In this document: piece after piece, positions 26,571 to 39,106 of the stretch | Numbering within the stretch: the stretch's first letter is position 1 | Layout of the letters: each line of letters opens with the position of its first letter | Assembly: GCA_964016885.1 (NCBI GenBank) | Contig: OZ024740.1 | Location: forward strand, 196,292,001-196,356,000 | DNA length: 64,000 bases | From: Eledone cirrhosa | Lineage: Eukaryota | Reading direction: 5' to 3' | Translations under genes and position numbers: made by a program | Notes under the pieces: model-generated | Databases searched by the model: none | Told to the model about the DNA's origin: nothing | Seen by the model: the letters and a program-made list of their open reading frames with translations, nothing else

Positions 26571-26648
26571 CTGGACATTTATTTGATGCTCATTCAAGGA
26601 TCTGATATATTCAATTAGAACTGCAACCATAAATTTATGAGATATATT
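26571..26648 (-). CDS. RMC1: RMC1 coding exon (78 nt), the most 5' exon found
   Basis: NISHKFMVAVLIEYIRSLNEHQINVQ; cag acceptor and gtataa donor. Confidence 0.93.
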
Positions 26649-27242
26649 CTGTTGGAAAGAAAAAGAAGAGGGTTAAAAAAAGCATCAACCATAATAATAT
26701 GCCACATGTTTGTATATTTATATATACCTATGTCTGTAACTTTTTAAAATTTACAAACACAAACAGATACACACAAACAGATTCTATACTTTTTATATCA
26801 GTCATGTTACTACAATAATAAGTTCACTTTTCAGTCACAAGGTCATGGGTTCTAACCTTATATTTGTCCATGTAAATAGATATTTCTCCAAAGTTACTCA
26901 TATTTAATCCTGTATGTCATTTGTACATGCATAATGAACATCCTAGAAATAAATTATTAAAATATAATTTTTATCTTTAAATACGTGTGGATCTTTGCTC
27001 CCCACGTCAAGATTGGCTCTGATTCAGCAGACTTATGATTAAAGTATTCAGTCATGACCATCTAGTTTTGTCTTTTCTCGGCATAGTGGTAAATGCAGGA
27101 GACATGCAGAGGCTGGAGAAGAATGAAATGAGTATGCTCTGTTGGATATGTAATTTTAAGCTATGATACATGAATGACAGGGTGTGGGTATACTGAGAGA
27201 AAAACTGGATATAAGAAGAATCAGATGTAGTGTAATGAGGGT

Positions 27243-28870
27243 AATAATAATAATGGAAATATTGTGTACAGTGCTCAAGTGCACTACAACTCCTCAAAAG
27301 TGTATGTATAGTACATAGGGTAATGTACAAACGTCAGGAAAATGAACAGTGCATGAGTCATGATATACACATGTGTGCATGTGTATGGAAAGGGGACATC
27401 AGGTGTAGTTTTGGCGAATTTCGGGAAGCATGAGGGTTTTAAAGGATGCAGTGTCTCGGCAGCTAACAACTGACGCAGGCAGTTTGTTCCATGCTTCAGC
27501 AACTCTAAGCGTGAAAAAATGTTTCCGAAAGTCATGGGAGCTGGGCTGTTTTCTGACTTTGTAGGCATGTCCACGTGTGTTAGACACATGAAGATCAAAA
27601 AGCTGCTCAGGGTTGCAGTTGGCGAGATGGTTAATAACTTTGTGGGTGTTTACCAAGTCCATTGCCAGACATCGGAGTTCCAATGAATCCATGCCCAGGG
27701 AAGCAATGCGTTCAGAGTATGGTAGGTGTCTGATGGAGGGTATGCGCTTGGTTGCACGTCTCTGAACAGTTTCCAGGAGGTCAATGTTCTGAGCAAGATA
27801 GGGGTTCCAGACTGATGATGCGAATTCCAAATGTGGTCGTACCATACCTGTATACAGCTTTAAATAGATGGCTGGAGAGTGGTCTTGCTGAGTGATGCCA
27901 AGACACCCTCGGCCTTCTTGACAATTTTAGAGATGTGCTTTGTCCAACGCAAATCACTGCTGACAGTAATGCCCAGGTCACGCTCACAAGAGGACTTCTT
28001 CATATCAGTGTTGTGGAGGGAGTATGTGGACGCTGGGTTTTTCCTCCCAAAATGCATGGTGGTACACTTGTCCACAGCCAGCTTCAGTTGCCAGTCTGTG
28101 ATCCATTGCTGCATTGTGCCCAGGTCTGATTGTAAGAAAGAGTTATAGATTTCAGGATCTGTCCTTTTGATTTCAAGGTACAGCTTGATGTCATCTGCAT
28201 ATTTCAGTACCGTGGCATTCTTTAAGTCATTAATGTATGCAACAAACAAAAGGGGACCAAGAACAGATCCCTGTGGTACACCAGATGACATCTCATATGG
28301 TGAAGAATGCTGTCCTAGAAACGTGACTACCTCTTTTCGGCTGAGATTGAAGGATTTCAACCATTTAAAAAGATCATCCTTCACGCCCATTGCAGAGAGT
28401 TTTGCCATAAGTCTTTTGTGTGGCACAGAATTAAAAGCCTTAGCAAAGTCAAGGTAAACAACATCCACCCATGAGCCACTGTCAGTGATCCGAGTAATGT
28501 CTTCAAGGAACTCGATAAGCTGATCACAGCAGCTGGCGTTAGGGATAAATCCAAACTGTGAGGACCGGATGAGGCTGTGAGAGTTCCAGAAGTTCCAAAG
28601 TGTTTCTCTGACACAGGATTCCATCAGTTTGGCAATACAGCTAGTAAGACTGACTGGACGATAGTTGACAGGTGACATGCGGTTGCCCTTTTTGAACAGG
28701 GGAATGACACTGGCAGTTTTCCACTGCTCCAGAGTAGCACCATTATTGAGACAGTATTGAAAGAAAGAAAGAAAGCTGGTGCAAAAGGAAGTACCCGCCA
28801 TGTTTGAGAAGCAGGTATGTAACACCATCAAGACCAGGGGAGGCATAGTTGCGCTTATTCTTAAGGTGAC
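27243..28870 (-). mobile_element. 5'-truncated CR1-group LINE nested in an older RTE fragment
   Basis: NYRPVSLTS, VDVVYLDFAKAF, SGVPQGSVLGPLLF, YADD, VRPHLEFASSVWNP, WNKLP; (ATT)n tail; RTE relics on both sides (about 27060-27240 and 28885-29150). Confidence 0.93.
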
Positions 28871-29871
28871 ATCGTAGCATTGCAGGTGTGTGTAGGAGAA
28901 AAGAAGACTGTGATGCATATGTATGATGAAGAAGGGTGAAAAGTGTCAGTTGCCAGTGGAAGGAAGCTGCATTAGAGGAAGACCGAGGAAAATATGGACA
29001 GAAGTGGTTAGAGTTGCTTTCAAGTGTTGAACCTCACAGAGGAGGTGAAGGAGTGCTGTGAGTAGAAGGAGGCTGCACAAGCAGGAATTGTCCAAATCAT
29101 GCAAGTATGGAAAAATGGATGTAAAATCACAATGACAATGAAGATGATGTATACCACAGACATTAAATGAATCATTCCATTTTTTAAGATGGTGGAGTGT
29201 GATTTGAAGGAGATTTGACTGCTGTTTTATGCACTTATGTAGAGGTTCTCTTGTTGGCTTATTATCAGCACATCTCTTCACTTTATTAACATTTACTGAT
29301 ATTTTATGGGAATTCTTTAACCTAGCCCAAACTGGCGAAAATTGGTTCTATGAAGCAAAATCACCAATTTTAAAGGGTTCCCCATTTAAATTAAAATCTT
29401 CTAACATAATTTTATATCAGAACCATATGTTAAGTTACTCTTAATAATGAAATAATGAATAATCTTAGTAAATCCCTAAAAATTCTTTATTAATTAATTG
29501 AAATAAAATGTACTTCATTACAAATACAGTCACAAAAGTGTTAAACAGTATTTTGTCCCTCCATTTGCAATACATTGTCATACTACAGAAGGTATATCTT
29601 ACATATAAATGTCTTTAATATTTAGTTGTTCAATTTACACTGTCTGTCTCTCAATCATACAACAATTTTATCATAAATTAAAAAATATTACATTTGGTTT
29701 CTCTTTCAAATTATTATTTTTTTAAATAATGCATAGCTAGGACGAAGGGACCCTGAGACTGGTGGGAGGAGGACCTTAGGCTACAGACTTGGCTCTAATC
29801 TTGGCAAACAAATAGAATAAGCTAAAGGTACCCATGGGGCCAGGTAGTGGTGTTATCCTGGTTGATGGATT

Positions 29872-30309
29872 ATAATAATAATAATAATAATGAAATTATT
29901 GTGTAAAGTGCTCAGGTGCACCACAACTCGTCAATATAGTATATAGAATAATACACAAATGTCAGGGAAGTACATGTTTGTATGTGTTAGGTGTAGTGTT
30001 GGCGGATCTCGGGAAGCATGGAGGCCTTAAAGGATGCAGTGTCTCGACAGCTAACAACTGATGCAGGTAGTTTGTTCCATGCTTCAGCAACTCTGAGCGT
30101 GAAAAAATGTTTCCGAAAGTCATGGGAACTGTGCTGTTTTCTTACTTTGTGGGCATGTCCACGTGTGTTAGACACATGGAAATCGAAAAGGCACTCAGGG
30201 TTGTTGTTGGCAACATGGTTAACAATTTTGTGGGTGTTTACCAAGTCAGTTGCCAGGCGTCGGAGCTTCAATGAATCCATGCCCAGGGAAGCAAGGCGCT
30301 CAGAGTATG
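29872..30309 (-). mobile_element. CR1 LINE 3' end
   Basis: ORF 29987-30280 (LRRLATDL...FFTLRVAEAWNKLP) plus 3' UTR and (ATT)n tail. Confidence 0.92.
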
Positions 30310-30713
30310 TCTATCACTCAAGCAGATCACTGCAGGATTTGAACTTATTAACCCCAAAAAGATGGAAGTCAAAATTTGGCAAAATTTGAACTCAAAATAC
30401 AAAGGTCAGAACAAATACCACAAGGTACCCTGACCGATGCTCTAACAACAATTCCACCAGACCACTGTGTTAGATTGATACTTAGTTTATTAACCCCAGA
30501 AAGATGGAAGTCAAACTTGACCGTAGCAAAATTTGAAGAATGTAAAGAAGTGGAATAAATAATGCAAGACATCCAATATTCAATGATCTAATGCTTCTGC
30601 TAAGTTATTGATCTAAATCATCACGTATACATGCATGAATGATATGTTTATTTATTCATGTCACTCCACAAAAATAAAATCACAAATAATCAAATCAGAT
30701 GATTGTAGAAGAT

Positions 30714-31286
30714 AGCTGTATACAGCTATGGTGCGACCACACTTAGAATTTGCATCACCAGTCTGGAACCCCTATCTTGCTCAGGACATTGACCGCCTGG
30801 AAACTGTTCAGAGACGTGCAACCAAGCGAATACCCTCCATCAGGCATCTACCATACTCTGATCGCCTTGCTTCCCTGGGCATGGATTCATTGAAGCTCCG
30901 ACGCCTGGCAACTGACTTGGTAAACACCCACAAAATTGTTAACCATGTTGCCAACAACAACCCTGAGTGCCTTTTCGATTTCCATGTGTCTAACACACGT
31001 GGACATGCCCACAAAGTAAGAAAACAGCACAGTTCCCATGACTTTCGGAAACATTTTTTCACGCTCAGAGTTGCTGAAGCATGGAACAAACTACCTGCAT
31101 CAGTTGTTAGCTGTCGAGACACTGCATCCTTTAAGGCCTCCATGCTTCCCGAGATCCGCCAACACTACAGCTAACACATACAAACATGTACTTCCCTGGC
31201 ATTTGTGTATTATTCTATGTACTATATTGACGAGTTGTAGTGCACCTGAGCACTTTACACAATAATTTCATTATTATTATTATTAT
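30714..31286 (+). mobile_element. CR1 LINE 3' end
   Basis: ORF 30728-31174 (VRPHLEFASPVWNP...WNKLP) plus 3' UTR and (ATT)n tail. Confidence 0.93.
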
Positions 31287-31589
31287 AAGTTAATGAAATC
31301 TCTCTATAAAAATAAAACTTTCCATGGTAGGTAGGATATTAAATTATCAATCACAGGCTTTCACATCTTATGAATATTGAAACACCAGGAGTAAGTTGAA
31401 GTGTTAAAAAAAAGAGTGTTTGATCTATTTTCAGGTGGCAGAAATGGTGATAGGTTTGACTAATGTTCTTAGTTCAAATCATATTGGGGCTGACTTTACC
31501 TTTTATCACTATGAAGTCACATAGACTGGTTAGGGAAGAACACATCGATTGTTCATTTTTGTTTTAAGCTGTTTTCGTTTCACATTTAA

Positions 31590-31797
31590 CCCTTTAATGT
31601 TCAAACCAGCCAAAACCAACCAGAATTCTCTCACCTCTTTCTGTTGAAACTGGCTGTAACTGATATTAAGGTATTGTTCTCAAAATAAATACGTTCAAAA
31701 TCTCATAGATTCGATATTATGTGAGATAATTATACAAGGTAAAGCCTTTACCATGAAAATATAATAGTATATATAGAGTAATGTGAATGCTAAAGGG
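31590..31797. mobile_element. piggyBac-like MITE
   Basis: TTAA|CCCTTTA...TAAAGGG|TTAA; homologous copy at 59125-59340. Confidence 0.78.
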
Positions 31798-32851
31798 TTA
31801 AAAAGAGGGTAATATCCCTGAAATATTATGTTGAAATATACTGGGTAAAATATTACTTGGTTTTGTTTTATTTGACATCCTTTGTCCTTTATATATTTCT
31901 ACCACATTGTACTGGTTTTCTCAGTCATTTATAAAATAATTGTTTCTACTTTTTGGCACAAGGCCAGCATTTACCCAGTACATTACTGGTACTTTATTTT
32001 ATCGACCTTGTAAGGATGAAAGGCAAAGTTAACCGTGGCAGGATTTGAACTCAGAATGGCAAAGGCCGTAACTCTATGCGTCAAAGCATGGCGTCCGATC
32101 CTCTACCGATACTGCCAATCCACTGCCCTTTAAACCAATCCACTGAAAATAATAGTTGTTATTTAGTCTCAGATTACCTCTGACTGAGCAAACCTATAAT
32201 CAAAGGCACTCCAACTCAACCATCCTGTTTTTTCACTTTGACCCAGTGCTCACAGGATCACATTATCTGATGTTTTCATTTTCATATGGTGGTAGGGTAT
32301 GATTTGAGGAATATTTGGTTGCTATTTCTAGCAGGTCTAGTAACCATGTAAAAGCTCCTACAATGGCCTGAATATATTATTCTCATGTAAAGTTGTGATC
32401 TTATACGAATGTAAGAAATCATTATTTGAATAAACAATGTTATAGATTGTGACAATGTAAATAAAGTGGACTTTAGAAAGAAAAAGCATGTTAAAACTTG
32501 TATTATAGTCATTGTATATTAAACATCTAACAAACATATGCACACCATATTTAATCAATTTGGATTTTTTTTTATTAGAAAGCTCACTATCCAAGTGACA
32601 TACTACATATACATCATCCTCATTTTTACAATGCTTTTTCCCATGGGTTTGTCATCCTCTCCAAAACAGCATATTATCAATTGTTGTGTTTCTTTATCAT
32701 CTTTGTATATCGAGTATGGTCATTTCCTTGTTGGTGACAAGGTGTTATCTTCTTTTCTACTTACTAAAACTTATATTGTTGCTAAATTTACTATAGTCCC
32801 AATCTAAATTTTGTTTTCACATCTGGAATTTCTTATCTAAAACTTCTACAG

Positions 32852-33690
32852 TTTAAACTATAAGTACTAAGTCATCAGCATACAGGAGTTTCCTTGAATA
32901 GCTGGTCCTCAACCCATTAATAATGACCAGAAGAGCTATAATCAACAAAATGGGGCGGAAGACCGAGTCTTGATGCACATTAAATTCTTTACTGAACTCA
33001 TTGCCAACTCTCCTTTTACTGACAATATCTCTGTACACTGAGATATTATGTACATAGCTTGGACTGCTCTCACAAGCCATTCATCAATGCCTAACTTTCT
33101 CAATGCACACCACATTAAAGGCCTTCTTCAAGTTATAGTGGCTTACTCTTGGTTAAAGACTTCTCTTGCAGTTGTCTCTGGGTGTACTCTATCCTGACAG
33201 AAATCCAAACTGCATCTAATCTAATCTAATTCTAATCTTAATCATTGTGTGTTACCTTCCCAAACTACTCAGTTGACTAAGCAAGTGACTACCCTACTTT
33301 ACTAGATATTTTCAGCATCCCTACCTTCATATCCTTAATGGCTATTTCAACCATATAAATGTCAACCTCAATAGCTGGTCCTTCTCTTGAGTCAAGCTGG
33401 AGCAATCCTCCTTCCTCCCACACATTCTCCACCTTCTCATAATAACTTTCTCAAGTCTCTTTCTCCTTCAAGCTTGTTAGGATAAGTGTGCCACTGTAAT
33501 AACATCCATTTTTCCATGCTAGCATGAGTTAGACGAGTTGTCCTGTTGTGAGCAATGCCAAGTCAGGTGACCATGTCTTGCTCATACAGAACTGATTTCT
33601 ACAGTTGGATGTACTTCCTAAAGCCAACCTTATTTACAGTGAGTACTGGGTTCTTTTTGTTGTGACACCTACACAACCACTTTACAGTGT
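32852..33690 (-). mobile_element. Heavily degraded RTE LINE fragments
   Basis: KEFNVHQDSV...LLYADDLVLI plus RTE/SINE-type tail. Confidence 0.75.
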
Positions 33691-34340
33691 AATGGAGCTG
33701 TGAAACAATTAATATATTCTAAACGACAGCACATTTTAAATCAAAATATTGAAATCGCCTAAATATATCATATTCTTCACTCATGAGAATTTCAAACTTG
33801 CACCATCTTAGGATAATGTGTTGACTACCCGCTTGGGCTTATAAATAGAGTTTGGATTTTTGCCTATTTCTCAGACATAAAATAGGGGGTAGACATATTC
33901 GAGCATACACATAAAAACATTACAAAAAGATATAAATATAAACAAATGTAACATAAAATGTGCAGCACTTTCTTGAGTGTTGCCATAGTATTTGAAGTGA
34001 TATAAAAATTCAATGTAACTATAACATGTTTATCTCAGATAGAAGACGTTATCAAATAGTAAGATTTCCCTTTTCTTTTTTAATATACAGATAAAGGTAG
34101 TAGATTTAATTTCAGGTCTCTCATTAGTAGTTTAACTATTTTAAGCAAGATTTGGTTACATAAGACTGTTAATTAGCAAAGCAAAATAGTAAGAGTTCAT
34201 GGAGACAATGTAGTGTAACAGATAAATCTGATTGATGCTATGATATTTCATAGGAGTAACAGAATATATACCAAATGGAATCTTGTAGATGTGGTGTGGT
34301 GATATAATGTTTCAGCCTAGCCATTATATATATATATATA

Positions 34341-34418
34341 CAGGGTGTCCTAAAACGATGTATACACACTTCAACAACATTCTAATAAATATGTGTATAC
34401 ATTTGTGGGGAAACCCTG
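34341..34418. mobile_element. Very short Tc1/mariner-type MITE
   Basis: CAGGGTGTCCTAAAACGATGTATACACA ... TGTGTATACATTTGTGGGGAAACCCTG in TA context. Confidence 0.65.
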
Positions 34419-34564
34419 TGTATATATATATATATACACACACACACATTAATTCTTTTGTCATATCAGATAGTTACTTCCTGCTTATTTACAATCAGGA
34501 AGTAGCTCTATGGTTGTATCAAACTCACATAAACACACACACACATATGTGTAATACAAAATGG

Positions 34565-36525
34565 TGACATACCCAATGACTGGCATAGCACCATTATTCA
34601 CCACCAACTGCTACAAGAGCAAAAGAGATGCTCTAGACAGCTTAATGCCTCTATAGTAATAGAGGCATTAAGCTGGTCGATCAGGTTATGAAGGTCACAG
34701 AAAGAGTTATGGCACAACTGATTAAGGATCAAGTTTACCTAGATGAGATGCAGTTTGGATTTGTGCCAGGTAAAACTACCAGAGATGCTGTCTTCCTTGT
34801 GAGGCAACTGCAGGAGAAATACCTAGCTAAGAGTAAACCCCTCTATGAGGCATTTGTTGACCTGGAGAAAGCTTTTGACATAATCCCCCGTTCCATTATC
34901 TGGTGGGCTCTTAGAAAACTAGGAGTAGACAAGTGGCTTGTGAGGGCAGTACAAGCCATATATAGAGGAATAGTTAGCAAGGTCAGAATTAACAATGACT
35001 ATAGTGAAAAATTTAGTTTGTAGGACGGTGTCCATCAGGGCTTGGTTCTTAGCCCTTTCCAGTTTATTATCATCTTGCAGGCTATAACGGAGGAGTTTAA
35101 GACTGGTTGCCCATGGGAACTTCTGTTTATAGCTGAATCTATGGCTGAATTAGAGAAGAAATTCCAAACCTGGAAGAATGGCTTAGAATCAAAAGGTCTT
35201 AAAGTTAATTTGTCAAAAACCAAAGTCCTAGTATGTAGAAAGGAAAACAGGACCTAGATTCCTCCAGGGAAATGGCCTTGCTCAGTGAGCAGGAAAGGAG
35301 TAGGTAGTAATTTCATCCTATGTCCCAAATGCAAACTATGGATACACAAGAGATGTAGTGGGGTCTCAAGCAAGTTAGCAAAGAAGGTTTTACATGTGGC
35401 CAATGCGCAGGTGCAGTAAGTAGCAATATCCCACAGGAATTATTCTACTACTTTTCAAGTGCTCAGAGGGATCTGTAGATAGTTTGTGTTACCTGGGTAA
35501 CCAAATCAGCAGTGGGGGAGGAGGGTGTTCCGAAAGCACAGTAGCCAGAGTGAGAACAGGTTGGAGAAAGATCAGGGAGCTACTACTGCTGCTAACTACA
35601 AAAGGTTTTCCCCTCAAAATGGAGGGCAAATTGTATGATGCATATATATGAACAACAATATTACATGGTAGTGAGACCTCGACATTGTGTGCAGAGGACC
35701 TGCGAAAATTAGAAACAAATGGAGCTTCCATGCTTTGATGGACGGCAAAGTATAAATGAACTGAAAGAGGAACGGGGTTTAAGAGGGATCAGATGCAGTG
35801 TACAGGAGAGGAGATTGCCTTGGTATGGACATTTGGTGCATATGAATGATGACGGCTGTATAAAAAGGTGCAGGGCAATCAAAGTTGATGGAAGCTATGG
35901 AGTAGGAAGATCTAGGAAAACTTTGGATGAGGTGATACAACCTGACCTTGTACAATTGCACATCTCAAAGGCGATGAGACCAAACCATATTCTCTGGCAT
36001 TATGCAATAACACAGAAGACCTGCCTTTCCATGTGCATGGGTTGAGGCATACATCTAGTATGAACCACCTACACCTCCATCAACCCTTCCATACACCTTC
36101 CATGTAGTAACACTCCACCCACATCCTAAAACCCCAGCACTCAACCAAGCCCTAGATCTACCTCCTCCACCCCAGCCCCTAGTTCACACTAAAGTGGTCG
36201 TTTTGGTGCCACGACAAAAAACACCCAGTCCACACACTGTAAAGTGGTCATGTAGGTGTCATGACAAAAAGCACAGCCCACACTGTAAAGATGTTGTATT
36301 GGTGACATGACAAAAAGTGCCAAGCCCACACAGTAAAGTGGTTGTGTAGGTGTCACGACAAAAAGCACTCAGTAGACACAGTAAATGAGGAAGGGCGTCC
36401 AGTCATAGAAACTAAATCAGTTCTGTATGAACAAGACACGGTCATCTGATCTGGCTTGTCTCACAACAGGACAGCTTGTCTAACCCATACTAGCGTGAAA
36501 AATGGATGTTAAATGATGAAGATGC
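34565..36525 (+). mobile_element. Degraded RTE LINE
   Basis: LDEMQFGFVPGKTTRDAVFLVRQLQEKY..AFVDLEKAFD, Cys-rich segment, RRLPWYGHLV; 3' UTR with internal repeats and (GAT)n. Confidence 0.92.
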
Positions 36526-37180
36526 TGTGTCTATACATCATCATCAACATCATTTTACGTCCGCTTTTCCCTGCTCGTAAGGGTGGGACAGGTTCTATTC
36601 AGCACAGCATCTCTCCATTCATCACGGTCCTTTGTCATCTGTGAGCTTCAGCAATCTGAGGTCAGCTCACACCACCTCCACCCATGTTTTTCATGGTCTT
36701 CCTTCTACTGGGATTTCTTGGCACTTCTTTATCCAGCGGTCATCCTCCATGCACATCACATGTCCATACCAACACAGTCTTTTCTCCCGCACACTACAGC
36801 CTCTGCCTCTTATACACAGTTTCTCTCTCTATATATACGTGTGTGTCTGTTTGTATATATTCAATGCCTGTTTGATACAACCATACACACACATATATAT
36901 ATATATACACACACACATGTATGTATGTATATATATATATATATATGTATTCATGAGTAAATAATATTATAATGATATTATTAATATTTGGTTCATTTGC
37001 AAGCAAATGGCCTCATAACAACATGTATGTTTTCTAGATAACGACTTCATCCTTTTGTCCCAGCGGTAATTAATCACCTATCTCCAACTTTTATTTTATT
37101 TTCATTGTTCAACACACACAAACATATTACAAATAAATGTGTTCAATCATTATACTCTAAATCTTGTAGATATATGATAC

Positions 37181-37476
37181 CAGAGGCATAACGAGGGTAT
37201 GACAAGCATGGCATGTTCCATGGGATCCACATGAAGGGAGCACCACTTGGACTAGGAGCACATTCTATTAAAGTCAAATAAGCCTCGGTGGAGAGTGAAA
37301 AAAGAAACTCTTTCAGATGTATGATGTCTCTGATTATCATAGGTGAGAATACAATGGTGGCTGGATCACTAAACCATTTATATAAATTATTAAGCCCATA
37401 GGTAAAAATACAGTGCTATACAGGGATGCAATTTCACTGCTTGCCATAGGTGCTATTTTCCCTAGTTTTGCCTCTG
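37181..37476. mobile_element. hAT-like MITE
   Basis: TIRs CAGAGGCATAACGAGGG / CCCTAGTTTTGCCTCTG; 8-bp TSD TATGATAC / TATGACAC. Confidence 0.78.
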
Positions 37477-39106
37477 TATGACACACCTAACACACTTTGA
37501 ATATATCAATTATTTGCGCTTGCACAAACTCACACATCATATATATCTATATAGTGTCATAGACCATATGTTTCATAAACATATATTTAGTCACACAGCA
37601 AAATTTAGTAAGTGTAGTTAAACTACAGTGCTTTTGGCAGCTTCGAATGGGGAACATAGTTTAGTTTTGTCTTTCACTACAGACTCAACAGGTATTGCTT
37701 ACTTCTGCCTCTCATGCTGCCAAAGTTAAGAAGCACAGACGTTTATACAGAAAATGTAAACAAAATCATGACAAGCATAAAGAATATGTACAAGAAATAT
37801 ATACATTACATTATTTTAAGAGAAATTAATCTCATTGCCTTATTAGTTATTACAAGAGCGGCAGATTGGCAGAAAAGATAGTGTCAGACCAAATGACTTC
37901 CTGTATTTAGATAGGTACCTTTATGTTCTGAGTTCAAATTCCTCTGAGGTTAGCTTTATTTTATTGGCCTCGAAGGATGAAAAATAAAGTACCAGCTAAG
38001 TATTGAAAGGAATATAACTGTCTATCATTTCTTCTTCACCCACTTATTACTGGGAACATTGTGGAAGCAGTCCTCAAATACTCCTTCCAGCAGGTCCTTT
38101 CAGAAGCAACTGTCTCCAACTGATCTGGCTGGATCTCCAAGAGAGACCAGCCGAGCTCATGGATGTTATCCAACCATCTTGCTCAGGGTCTACCCCTGGG
38201 TCTCCTACTAGTTGGTTTTGCCTGTAAAATCTGTCCAGCGATTCTCTCTTGAGACATTCTAACCACATACCTGTAGTATCAGAGTTATGATCTCTCAAAT
38301 TGGAGAAGTAGCTGTTCTACCTGGAGTAACATTCTGATCTCTGAGTTAGGCGCTCTCAACAAAATTGACAACCTTGGGCTAAATGTTAAGAATCATTATT
38401 ATAGTTCCTTATATATGAATTAGTGAAGGCGTGTGGCTGAGTGGTTAGAGAATTGGATTCATAATTGTGAATTTGTGAGTTTGATTCCCGGACTGGTTGA
38501 TGCGTTATGTCCTTGAGCAAGACACTTTATTTCACATTGCTCCTTCTACCTGGAGTTGCAACTGATAGATAGTATTAGCAATTGGAAAGACCAATGGAAA
38601 CATTGTTTCCTCAGTTTGATTTGTCGAAACTCGATCGACTGTCGATATATATATATATAAGAATTCATATTCTTAATAATTGTTGTTTCTACTTTTGGCA
38701 CAAGGCCAGCAATTACCCAGTTAATTACTGGTACTTTATTTTATCGACCCCGTAAGGATGAAAGGCAAAGTCAACCTCGGCGGGATTTGAACTCAGATCG
38801 TAAAGGGACGTAACTATGCTGGAAAGCATGGCGTCCGGCCCTCTACCGATACTGCCAATCCACCGCTATTCTTAATAATATCAACTTGTTGCTGCTCATA
38901 CTGGAATGTAATGTTCATCACCACTGCTGCCACCACCACCTAAAGTTAAGCAGTTAGCCTATAGTGAATAGTCCAGTAAAGGGAGTGGCATTTGGTTGAT
39001 GTAACTGAGGAAGTGAAGATAGACCCTCATCACTCCACAAAAAAGCTGACCTAAGCTTTGTGTGTGTAATTGGGTAGTTGGTGGCAGGATGTGCTTGACT
39101 GTGAAT

